A stretch of 64,000 nt of DNA from IMG/VR virus record IMGVR_UViG_3300012979_000027, positions 144,369 through 208,368 of that record. The stretch is one strand, 5' to 3'. The notes beneath the pieces were generated by a model, which was not told where the DNA came from, did no database searches, and saw only the letters and a list, made by a program, of their open reading frames with translations. The stretch is from a virus. Taxonomy: Duplodnaviria > Caudoviricetes. This document shows, one piece after another, positions 1 to 8,848 of the stretch; position 1 is the stretch's first letter, and every line of letters starts with the position of its first letter. The translations under genes and the position numbers were made by a program.

Positions 1-1174
1 TAATGCGTTTACTTTCAGCTATTTTAAGCTGCAGTTCATTAAAGATTTTGTGATATTCACTATCTTTATTGATTATCTCTTTGGCTTTAACAATATCGCC
101 TTCGATTTCTTCTGTCTTTTCAGCAACTGTCGTAATTTTTTGAAGAATTTCTTCCAACTTTTCGTTCAAAGACAATTTTTCTTCGTTGATATGCGTAATA
201 TGTTCATCAGAATAAGCCCTCTTACAAGTAGGACAAACACCACTAACAGTTTCAAGTCGCTTTAAATCTCTACGAAGAACACCTTCTTCGATATAAAGTT
301 GAGATTTTACTATGTTTAGCTTAGTTTTAAACTCTTCCTGTTTGATAAGAGACGAATTGATAGCATTTAAGTCATAATCTTTAGGCCACTTTTTATGCAA
401 CTCATCAATAGCTGTATTATAAGAAACGATACATCGATTTTCATTATCAACTTTTTCATTGATTGCGTCTAACTCTCTTTGTTTACGAGTTTCATATTGA
501 TTTTGTAAATCTATTAATCGCTCGAGCTCTCTTTGATAGTTCGCGATATTTGATTCATGTAAACTTTGAGTATTTTTCTCAAGAGAATAGTTACCTTTAG
601 TTGTGCGTATATCCTCCTTCAAAATTCGGGACATTAAGGAGAAGATATTTAAGTTGAAAATAGTCTCGATGAAGTTCTTCTTTTCTTGTTTTTTACGAGC
701 CATGAACGGAATAGTATTATTAGCTCGCATCAGAACACAATTTTGGAAAATATCCTTTTCCGCATAAAAAACTTCTTCAATATATTTGTTAGTCTCAGCG
801 GTTGTGGATTTAGTAACCTCTACGCCATCTTTCCAAATCTTTAATGATTGAGGTGCAAGTTTACGTTCAATAAGATAAGTATCAATATTTCCTGGAGTCT
901 CAATATCTGCCTCGAGACGAACTACACAATTTTTACCAACCTTTCGGTTAACAATGAAACTTAACTTAGAAAGTTCTCGCATTGTATTACCGAACAAAGC
1001 AAAATAGAAAGCATCTGAAATGGAACTTTTGCCCGCCGCATTTGCAATACCATCCTCATCTCTATTAACACCTGTAATTACATTCATTCCGGTGTTAAAA
1101 TCTATTTCTAATGGTTCATTACCAATAGATAAGAAGTTTTGAATATAAAGTTTTTTGAAATTAATTTTCTTCAT
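1..1174 (-). CDS. T4 gp46-like recombination endonuclease subunit (SbcC/Rad50-like ATPase); 3' end runs off the window
   Basis: Manual translation from ATG at 1174: MKKINFKKLYIQNFLSIGNEPLEIDFNTGMNVITGVNRDEDGIANAAGKSSISDAFYFALFG (Walker A, N-x-x-GKS), then coiled coil. Absent from the ORF track because it has no stop in the window. Confidence 0.9.
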   Translation of the reverse strand, partial: MKKINFKKLYIQNFLSIGNEPLEIDFNTGMNVITGVNRDEDGIANAAGKSSISDAFYFALFGNTMRELSKLSFIVNRKVGKNCVVRLEADIETPGNIDTYLIERKLAPQSLKIWKDGVEVTKSTTAETNKYIEEVFYAEKDIFQNCVLMRANNTIPFMARKKQEKKNFIETIFNLNIFSLMSRILKEDIRTTKGNYSLEKNTQSLHESNIANYQRELERLIDLQNQYETRKQRELDAINEKVDNENRCIVSYNTAIDELHKKWPKDYDLNAINSSLIKQEEFKTKLNIVKSQLYIEEGVLRRDLKRLETVSGVCPTCKRAYSDEHITHINEEKLSLNEKLEEILQKITTVAEKTEEIEGDIVKAKEIINKDSEYHKIFNELQLKIAESKRI

Positions 1175-1204
1175 GTATTAATACTTTACATGAGTTCTGA
1201 AAGA

Positions 1205-1231
1205 AAAAATGCCGGTTCTAACCGGCATTTT
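1205..1231 (-). terminator. Hairpin terminator after nadE
   Basis: aaaaatgccggtt-ct-aaccggcattttt inverted repeat with A/T tails. Confidence 0.65.
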
Positions 1232-2117
1232 TCACAAAGTTGGGAAGATATGAGAAATCAGGTTGAGGCATCTGCACAATTTCCAACTTGAACTTATTCT
1301 GCTTATACTTCTTTCTAATCTTTTCTTTTACTTCATCATCTCCCTTGTTGAAACGAATAAAGTCATCAATCTGTTTATAAGTAATACCAAGTCGTTCTTC
1401 ATCAGATTGAGGCTGAAGGCCATCAGCAGGAGTTTTGTCAATTAGTTCAATCAGTCGTTTATGACCATCTACGGGGTAAGTTTGCCAAGACATATCAGCC
1501 ATTCTTTCCTTGACAGAAGTATCTTCTAACATTTTTTTATTATAAAGTAAAGTAGCAACATAGCAACCTAAGTGCTTTACCTCTGTTACTGTTAATCCTT
1601 GAATAGGAGCATACGACCCTGCATTATCGCCAAATTGTGTGGCATAACCAACCATATCTTCTGAAAGATTGGAAGTATTGATAACACGACCACCAATACA
1701 TTGACCAACAGCATGAAGTGTAGACATGCGGATACGAGCAGGAAGATTGATTTCCATGTCCTTATTAGGATAAACATTATCCATTGAGCGTCTATCCCAA
1801 ATCTGTTTTGTGATAGCATCCACACTCTCAGCAATGTTGATAATAGAATGAGAAATACCAAGAATTTTTACCACGTCAAAACTATCATGAATATCAGACT
1901 GTGTTCCTTGTGGCATCAATACACCGTGTACTCGTTCCTTACCAAAAATGGAAACAAGTAATGCAGCTACAACTGTACTGTCTTTACCACCACTAATACC
2001 AACAACAAATTTATCAGCGTTCGTAATTGAAGCCCATGTCTTCAAATGTGTTTCAATGGTTGCATATACCAACTCTAAATTAAAATCATATACTTTCTTT
2101 TCGTTCATATTTTCCAT
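1218..2117 (-). CDS. nadE: NH3-dependent NAD+ synthetase
   Basis: VVGISGGKDS PP-loop, NLPARIRM, NLSEDMVGYATQFGD, TPADGL..SDEERLG; no glutaminase domain. Confidence 0.92.
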   Translation of the reverse strand: MENMNEKKVYDFNLELVYATIETHLKTWASITNADKFVVGISGGKDSTVVAALLVSIFGKERVHGVLMPQGTQSDIHDSFDVVKILGISHSIINIAESVDAITKQIWDRRSMDNVYPNKDMEINLPARIRMSTLHAVGQCIGGRVINTSNLSEDMVGYATQFGDNAGSYAPIQGLTVTEVKHLGCYVATLLYNKKMLEDTSVKERMADMSWQTYPVDGHKRLIELIDKTPADGLQPQSDEERLGITYKQIDDFIRFNKGDDEVKEKIRKKYKQNKFKLEIVQMPQPDFSYLPNFVKNAG

Positions 2118-2147
2118 TATCTTATTTTTGCTTAGTTGAGGGTAGTG

Positions 2148-2339
2148 TCATACTCCCCTCTTTTTTCTTCCAAAAAGTCTATCATCTGTAAGTTTTCTGA
2201 AATACGCAGCAGTAGAGTGACATTTGAATGTGCATGTTTCGTTTCTCTTTTCTTCAAGAATATAATGAGTTACAAAAAACTTGATATTTCGCCATCTCAT
2301 TTTTCTTCGCCAAAAGATGTCACGATTTTTCATACTCAC
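2148..2339 (-). CDS. Small basic hypothetical protein
   Basis: 63-aa ORF packed between neighbouring genes on the same strand. Confidence 0.45.
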   Translation of the reverse strand: MSMKNRDIFWRRKMRWRNIKFFVTHYILEEKRNETCTFKCHSTAAYFRKLTDDRLFGRKKRGV

Positions 2340-2731
2340 AGATTTTCATCAATGGTTTCACGACTTGTCTCAAATTCTTTCGTTTCATCTAAATCCTTCC
2401 AAAGATTTACTGTAACAGTTCCATCATCATTATATTTCAATGCTCTTTTAACACGAAAAAGGGTTCGTTCTAACAAACAGGTTTTATCAATAATATCAGA
2501 AATAGTAAAATCTTTATCAAATTCAGTTTCTTTATTGAACTTATAACCATCTTCATGGGTATATGCTTGTGCTAATAATGATGCAATGAATTCAACGCTT
2601 TCTCGCTTATTAACATCAAAATGCTTTTCAACATTATAATTTGTAATGTAATATTTTGCAAATTTAATTACACTAGGTTGTTTTTCTAACCAAGCAATAT
2701 ATTCAAAATACTTCTTTTGTTTTTCTTCCAT
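2336..2731 (-). CDS. Hypothetical protein whose C-terminus resembles the NAMPT-like C-terminus
   Basis: 131 aa, TAGAACT motif 16 nt upstream, ends FETSRETIDENL. Confidence 0.7.
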   Translation of the reverse strand: MEEKQKKYFEYIAWLEKQPSVIKFAKYYITNYNVEKHFDVNKRESVEFIASLLAQAYTHEDGYKFNKETEFDKDFTISDIIDKTCLLERTLFRVKRALKYNDDGTVTVNLWKDLDETKEFETSRETIDENL

Positions 2732-2738
2732 AAGTTAA

Positions 2739-3587
2739 TTATACATTAGTTCTATGTTTTTTATGATGTGACTTTCCACCTTTACCATTTTTTCCAAGTT
2801 TATAACCAATTTTTTTATACTCTTCTATTTCTTCAATTTTTACACAAAGTCTATGATTAGTTTGTTCGTTAAACATCCATTTTTTACCAAAGTTTGGATT
2901 TTTTTCTCCACTTTTAGATTTTCTAATATTTTCACAAACCTCTTTTGGTAATTTCCTTCCAGTCATAAACTTTGCTGATGCTTCACCAATTTTTTTCTTA
3001 CTCTCTTCCGTGTGTTTAAATCCGAGTTTTTTCTGTCTTATTTTTTCTTTAGTTTCTTCTGTATGTTTAGAACCCAAACGACTTTGAATTAAAATTTGTT
3101 TATGTTCTTCTGAAAGTTTATTATTACCATTTTTTATACGAGATTCTAAAATTTTTTGTCTGTGTTCTTTTGTGTGTTTTCTACCAAGATTCGCTTTAAG
3201 TAAAGCCTTTTTTGCATTGTCGCTCATAGGTCTTCCTATCATTGGACTTGGCAACTTTTTATAAGCAATTCTCAATTTTTCAATTGTTCGTGAATTGATA
3301 GTAACACCTTTATGTCTATTAGCGAATAAAAAGCAAGTTTTTACCATCGCTCTATACTGATAACTATCTTCACCAAACTTTTTCTTATAAATTCGTTTCA
3401 ATAGTAAATGTGCTATAAAATGTTCTCGTACTGTAAGATTTACTTTATTTGACTTTTTGTAAATTAGTTTCTTATCAATAGAACGAGGAACGACATGATG
3501 AGTTTCGTAATACTCACAATTACTTTCATCCAATACATTTTCTCTACGATAACTTACGAGGTTATCATATATCTTCTCATAATCCAT
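2739..3587 (-). mobile_element. Free-standing HNH homing endonuclease with NUMOD3-type DNA-binding repeats (MobE/Seg-like)
   Basis: YYETHHVVPRS..N.V.LT.REHFIAHLLL HNH core, repeated G.KHTEE(T/S)K.KI motifs, GEKNPNFGKKW, TATAAATA late box upstream. Confidence 0.88.
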
Positions 3588-3645
3588 ATCAGTATTTATA
3601 CAAAATGTATCTCGTGTGAAAGGATTATGAGAAGATTTTTATTTT

Positions 3646-5442
3646 TTATAGATTTTCGTCTATCGTTCTACGGACTTCTTCAAAATTCTGTTTATATTCT
3701 TTTCCGTCCTTGAAGTAAGGAATGAGAGCAGAATTTTTACCAATCAAGTCCTTTTCATACTTTTCATCCTTATAAATCAATTCACCTTTTTCATCAAAAT
3801 AAATTTGACACAATCCTCTAGTTGATTTCTTGGATGACCAACTTTTAGGGTCCTTATAAACAAATTTCTCTTGAATTTCACCATTTTCGTCATAATACTT
3901 TGAGTGTGAGCACTTTACACAAATGCTGAAAGTGTCTCTCGTAAAGGGTGACAAAGTACCGTCTTCATTCTCAAGGGCTTGGAATGAGAATGAACCTACA
4001 CCAAGACTTACATTGTTGGCAGCAAATCCCTTGATAGCAAGTCGCTTATAGATTTTCTTGGCACGAGTGATAGTAATGCTATCACCATAAACTGCCTTAA
4101 TACCAGGGTTGAGAACCTTGAACCCCTTGGAGTTCACATTTCCACCAAAGAGTTCATACATGGTTTCCACCATGCCCTTCTCTTCCCAAGTACGAGAACG
4201 ATTCTGAAGAACACCTGATGCCCACATTGTAGGACAATCCTTATCAACAGTCTCATCAATGCCATGCAAATGTTCAACTGCACGAATACGAACAAGGTAT
4301 TCCTCACCATCACACAGGACTGCTACAAGATTACCCTCACGGAAACCTTGTTCCCAAAGATTATTTGCTTCCTCTTCTGTAAACATTAGAGTCATACACT
4401 CAAACTTAGTTCCATCTTCAAGCATTTCCTTAGGAATGCGCTTTACTGAATCAGCATGAAGAATAGGTACAGTACCACAGAGAGCATCCACAGGTTCAGC
4501 ACTATCATGTCGGACACCAATGAATACCCCACGCTTACCACGCTCATTAATTTCCTCCATAAAGTTGTTAGGAAGGATGTTGGTAAGTACATTCCAGAAG
4601 TCATAACTGTCACTTACTGCTGCAAATGACACATTCTTATAAAGCTCGAAAAGATACTTGAATGTAGGAATTTCATCACCTTTATCCAAACAAGCATGAG
4701 AAGTCATAACAGAATGCTCTGTTGAAGTAAGACCGCGAACGTTACCTTCACACTTACCATAAACATTCTGAATATGTTTACGAGCAGCAACCGTAGATGA
4801 GTTCCACATTGAAGTAAGCCAAGCAACGGAAGCATTTACTGCACTCTCATTACTCTCCTGACCACGCATTGAGAAGTCACACATGGCAGTTCGTTCATCA
4901 ATGCCATTTTCAACTGTCGCAGAAAATGCGCCTCTTGCAATTTTACGATATTCACGAGCAATGGTAGCACTCACCATCGGATGCCAAATTGCAGCCGAAA
5001 GGCTTGCTTCAAGAGCCTGTCCGACCCAGAAAAACTGAGGATTGGTAGACTTGATTTCCACACAAGGAACACCCATAGGAACAAGCGTACCCTCAGGCAC
5101 AGCATTGATTTCCACAGGAAGATAGCCAAGGTCATGAAGTGTATGAAGATTAATAAGAGTCTTAGTAATCATATGGCCGGAATAACCAAGACCATTCTTA
5201 AGAACATCGGCAATATCAACAGCAATTTCATCCCAAGGACAATTAAAGAAGTTATCATTGAAATTCTTCACAACATAAGAATGCACATAAGCACTCAAAC
5301 CGAAGAATACTACCTTATCAACACCTTTAAGGCGAGAACCACGAGGTGTGAGATATGAAGTCAATTCTCGCAGTTCAGGACGATACTGGAGAATGTGCGT
5401 CAACTTATAAAAGTCTGTCAAAAGCCAAGGATTTAGAAACAT
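3646..5442 (-). CDS. Nicotinamide/nicotinate phosphoribosyltransferase family (NAMPT-like, possibly Namat-like)
   Basis: LLTDFYKLTH, DFSMRG, STEHSVM, VSDSYDFW, RHDS, YGDSIT, GVGSFSFQ, TRDTF, KKSTRG; about 95-aa insertion after PVDALCG. Confidence 0.9.
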   Translation of the reverse strand: MFLNPWLLTDFYKLTHILQYRPELRELTSYLTPRGSRLKGVDKVVFFGLSAYVHSYVVKNFNDNFFNCPWDEIAVDIADVLKNGLGYSGHMITKTLINLHTLHDLGYLPVEINAVPEGTLVPMGVPCVEIKSTNPQFFWVGQALEASLSAAIWHPMVSATIAREYRKIARGAFSATVENGIDERTAMCDFSMRGQESNESAVNASVAWLTSMWNSSTVAARKHIQNVYGKCEGNVRGLTSTEHSVMTSHACLDKGDEIPTFKYLFELYKNVSFAAVSDSYDFWNVLTNILPNNFMEEINERGKRGVFIGVRHDSAEPVDALCGTVPILHADSVKRIPKEMLEDGTKFECMTLMFTEEEANNLWEQGFREGNLVAVLCDGEEYLVRIRAVEHLHGIDETVDKDCPTMWASGVLQNRSRTWEEKGMVETMYELFGGNVNSKGFKVLNPGIKAVYGDSITITRAKKIYKRLAIKGFAANNVSLGVGSFSFQALENEDGTLSPFTRDTFSICVKCSHSKYYDENGEIQEKFVYKDPKSWSSKKSTRGLCQIYFDEKGELIYKDEKYEKDLIGKNSALIPYFKDGKEYKQNFEEVRRTIDENL

Positions 5443-5500
5443 AATTTTAGTAATTTTAACTTATAATTTAATTTTATGCAAGTTCTGTCAGGGCCTTAGT

Positions 5501-6337
5501 TTAACGTCCTGACAAATCAATTTCAATTACTTTCTTTTCGCTGAATATCTTTAGAGTATCTGCAGTATGAATTTCATCAATAATTCCATTTGCATTAGAA
5601 TTATAAAAATCCTTAGATTGCGGCATCATGTGAGTGATGTAAAGGTCCACTTTCTTTGCTCCCATTTTACGAAGCGCAGTGGCTGCTTCTCTAAAGGTTC
5701 GTCCACCAGCACAAATATCATCGATAATCAGAATTCGTTTATCCTTAATATCTTCCTTTTCAGCAATGACTTCATACGAAACAATTTCACCCGTCTTAAG
5801 GTCACGCTTCTTGTCGCCAAAACGATAAGGAGACTTGAAGAGTTCACTATACTTCTTCGCTGCTCCTGCATCAGGATAGAACATAAGATCATAAGGATTT
5901 TCCTCATTGAGATGAACTTCTGCTTCCAAGAAAGACTTAACAGGATAATTCACATGACAATGCTTTAGCAAAGCAGGAAGTACATTACTGTGTGGGTCAC
6001 ATATGTAAACTGCTCTGAAATTCAAATCATTGATAATCTCTGCCACATACTTCAAACTAAACAAATGAACACCTGTGTCTCTATCCATCTGCCCATAAGG
6101 GAAGAAATCAATAACAAGTCTTGCCCAATTGTTAGGATAAGCATCATCCCACCACTTCTTAATAACCTGAAGATTGAACAAGTCCTCATTGCTTTCATAA
6201 ACAACTTTGAACTCATCCCAACAAGGTTCTTCAAAAGGAACAGGACAGGTTGCCTTTAGCCTATTAGCAGAAACATAGTCAACTTCATTGTTAGGGAAGC
6301 GACTCTGTACTACATTTATTCCATTAAACGTTACCAT
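5501..6337 (-). CDS. Ribose-phosphate pyrophosphokinase-like protein (Prs/Adps-like)
   Basis: FPNNE, FPYGQMDR, DPHS, YPDAGAAKKY, KKRD..TGEI, IIDDICAGGRTF, LYITH. Confidence 0.9.
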   Translation of the reverse strand: MVTFNGINVVQSRFPNNEVDYVSANRLKATCPVPFEEPCWDEFKVVYESNEDLFNLQVIKKWWDDAYPNNWARLVIDFFPYGQMDRDTGVHLFSLKYVAEIINDLNFRAVYICDPHSNVLPALLKHCHVNYPVKSFLEAEVHLNEENPYDLMFYPDAGAAKKYSELFKSPYRFGDKKRDLKTGEIVSYEVIAEKEDIKDKRILIIDDICAGGRTFREAATALRKMGAKKVDLYITHMMPQSKDFYNSNANGIIDEIHTADTLKIFSEKKVIEIDLSGR

Positions 6338-6342
6338 GATTT

Positions 6343-7140
6343 TTACTTTTCTTTTTTCTCAAAAAATTTACAAACATCATTATCAGATACAGTTTTATAA
6401 CCTTTATGTCTTCCGCTATATCTATTAGCAGGATACCAAACCATATTTTCCTTTTTAAGGCATTCACCAACTATCAATGAACCATGAGTAGGAGTTTCAG
6501 AAAAATACTTACAAAGAAAACAGTTTCTGCCCAAAGAGCTTTCCATCGGAATAGTTAAGTTATAATTCTTTTCAATATAATTCATCAACAACTGTGCATA
6601 ATGTTCTGCGCTATCTACTTCCGAAGGAATACTACCATAATCTGCAAGTTCACCTTGAATTAAAACATCTGCTTTACGATGAAAATCTTTGTGTATTGCT
6701 ACAAAAACGTCATTTTTACGTAGCTTATCAAAATCATCTATTTCAATTTTTTTTCCCAGTGCTCTACCCATTTCATAAAAACAGATAGGTTGTGGCGAAG
6801 GAGAATTGGAAAAATACATAGAGAAAAGAACACGAGGAGTATTCAAATATTTGAATTCCCATTCAATTTGCTCTCTAGTAGCATTAGGATTAGTTACATC
6901 AAAAGAATCTCTACGAGGGTTAAGAAAAATAATACCTCGTTCGTGTTTCCAATTTTTCTTAAAATAGTTAATGACAACTTTTTGCCATTCCTCACAATTA
7001 GTGATGCCACCTGCTAAAAATACAGGAATAGCAAACACTAAATTATAAGACGCAAGTTCAACATCTTCAGGGCAAGTAACGACTGTTACTTTATTTGCAA
7101 AAAGCTCCTTTGCTTTTTTTGCGTAAGAATTATAGAACAT
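6343..7140 (-). CDS. Nucleoside 2-deoxyribosyltransferase-like protein with C-terminal Cys-rich domain
   Basis: VFLAGGITNCEEWQ..LNPRR..EQIEWEF..PICFYEMG. Start reassigned to the ATG at 7140 (MFYNSY), which overlaps the pncA stop. Confidence 0.75.
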   Translation of the reverse strand: MFYNSYAKKAKELFANKVTVVTCPEDVELASYNLVFAIPVFLAGGITNCEEWQKVVINYFKKNWKHERGIIFLNPRRDSFDVTNPNATREQIEWEFKYLNTPRVLFSMYFSNSPSPQPICFYEMGRALGKKIEIDDFDKLRKNDVFVAIHKDFHRKADVLIQGELADYGSIPSEVDSAEHYAQLLMNYIEKNYNLTIPMESSLGRNCFLCKYFSETPTHGSLIVGECLKKENMVWYPANRYSGRHKGYKTVSDNDVCKFFEKKEK

Positions 7141-7777
7141 AACTTTCAGATTTCTCAATATCAATCTGACAGCAACCCATTGTAGTGAGGGCCGCCTTAT
7201 GTGTATCTTCAGTAACACATGCACACAAATCCTCAAGAACAGTAATCTTCATATCAGGGAACAAACCACGAATATAGAGAGCATTAGATGCTACGCAAAT
7301 ACCCGTGCAAAAACCCATAAGTACAATCTCGTCAATCTCATGAGACATATCCATTTTGATATCCTTCATGAAATTACCAATGTGTCTGCCAAGGTAATAC
7401 GACATAAAGGTATGCTTATCATAAATTCTATGAGGAGTAACGTGCTTCATCACCTCTTCATCAATCTCCCATCCCCATGTGTCCTTTATACAATGCTCAA
7501 CGGGGAGCTTCTTACCCTCAAGAGTGTTTTCATACCAGCAAGCTTCTGAAATTTCACTACTCCACTTCTTACCGTCCTTTTCAAACTCATCACCAACACT
7601 TTCCTTGTTGAAGTGCGTGTCACGGGTAGCCCAAATACCAACAGTATCTTCCTTGTCCTTTACCATAGAAAGGAACTTGGCAATGTTAGGAGTTACACGC
7701 TTAGCCCAATCAGAACCAAGACTTCCACTAATGAAGTCGTTCTGAACATCAATTACAATATAAAGCTTTTTTGTCAT
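7130..7777 (-). CDS. pncA: Nicotinamidase (isochorismatase family)
   Basis: VIDVQNDF, TRDTH, PVEHCIKDTWGWEI, K.TF, GFCTGICV (Asp/Lys/Cys triad and metal-binding His). Confidence 0.85.
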   Translation of the reverse strand: MTKKLYIVIDVQNDFISGSLGSDWAKRVTPNIAKFLSMVKDKEDTVGIWATRDTHFNKESVGDEFEKDGKKWSSEISEACWYENTLEGKKLPVEHCIKDTWGWEIDEEVMKHVTPHRIYDKHTFMSYYLGRHIGNFMKDIKMDMSHEIDEIVLMGFCTGICVASNALYIRGLFPDMKITVLEDLCACVTEDTHKAALTTMGCCQIDIEKSESYVL

Positions 7778-7819
7778 AGCTTAAATATGCATTTGTTCTG
7801 TTATCATAAATAGAAATAT

Positions 7820-8188
7820 ATGTCAAAAAGAAAGCTTTCAGACAGAGAATTTTTAATCGAACAATGTCTTCAAGATGCATATTATAATCGCAATGAAGAT
7901 CGTCTTGATGAAGGATGGTGGGAAGATATCAAAGCTAGTGCCAATGGAGCAAAGGAGTGGTTGAAAGCAGATTTAAAGGATTCGTTTACTCTAAAAAGTA
8001 AACAAAAAATAAAAAAAGATAGAACTAAAGCCAAGATGCGTGGTAAAGCTCAATCATATGCAATCTCTGCTGCAAAAATGTTATTATCATTTGTAAATGC
8101 TGGCGGTAAAATTGGAAATAATATTAAAAATATACATGATGTTATTATTCGTCTAAAGCGCTTTGGTTATGGAAGTTCTGAAAAATAA
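7820..8188 (+). CDS. Late protein, putative internal head protein
   Basis: TAAATA 7 nt upstream; LIE/LDE motifs; paralogous to the next ORF. Confidence 0.6.
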   Translation: MSKRKLSDREFLIEQCLQDAYYNRNEDRLDEGWWEDIKASANGAKEWLKADLKDSFTLKSKQKIKKDRTKAKMRGKAQSYAISAAKMLLSFVNAGGKIGNNIKNIHDVIIRLKRFGYGSSEK

Positions 8189-8204
8189 ATATAAATAAAA
8201 CTAT

Positions 8205-8813
8205 ATGGCTAAAAAACATATTTCAGAAAGAGAGCTTTTAATTTCTCAAATAAATGAAGACCTTCAATATGCTAAAGGAGAAAAAATTGATGAAAGTTGG
8301 TTTGATGATTTGAAGGCCAATGTTTCAGGAGGAATTAACGGCTTGAAACAAGGCGTAAAAAATACCGGACGTCGTATCGCCAATGTTGGTAGAACCGTAA
8401 AACAAGTTGGAAGCAATATTAGTCAAGGCGCAAGGGCTGCAGGTAATCTTGCGATAGGCAATAAAGAAGCAGCATTACAAAATGTTAATAATGTTAAAAA
8501 TGCAACTGCTAATAATAAGTCCATCGATAATACTGCAAAAAATGCAGCTAGTTCAGCTAAGGTTGCTTCATATTCCAAATCTATTCTTAATACAGTTGGA
8601 GCTTATATTAAAGCAGGTGGTGATGTACAAGAACTTATCAGCGCCATACAAGAATTAGCTCCTAATAATCAAAATCAACAAAGCCCTTCTCCTGAAGAAG
8701 AAATGGGGTCTCAAATGACTGATAATGCAATTCAAAATGGCGCAGTGATGGATTCTTATAATCCTTATAAAAATAGTAGTAGACAGCTAAAAATGCTTAA
8801 TTCTATACAATAA
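8205..8813 (+). CDS. Late protein, putative internal head protein (paralog of 7820..8188)
   Basis: TATAAATA upstream; shares SERE.LI..IDESWFDDLKA..G and AK..SY...AGG motifs with 7820..8188. Confidence 0.6.
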   Translation: MAKKHISERELLISQINEDLQYAKGEKIDESWFDDLKANVSGGINGLKQGVKNTGRRIANVGRTVKQVGSNISQGARAAGNLAIGNKEAALQNVNNVKNATANNKSIDNTAKNAASSAKVASYSKSILNTVGAYIKAGGDVQELISAIQELAPNNQNQQSPSPEEEMGSQMTDNAIQNGAVMDSYNPYKNSSRQLKMLNSIQ

Positions 8814-8815
8814 AG

Positions 8816-8848
8816 AAAAAAGTCCGAGATTTAAACTCGGGCTTTTTC
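8816..8848. terminator. Bidirectional hairpin terminator between convergent genes
   Basis: aaaaagtccgag-atttaaa-ctcgggcttttt. Confidence 0.65.

Noticed and set aside
4190-4480. Possible intein in the NAMPT-like protein
   Set aside because: The insertion lacks intein terminal residues (C/S...HN followed by C/S/T) and block B. It is more likely a variable loop domain.
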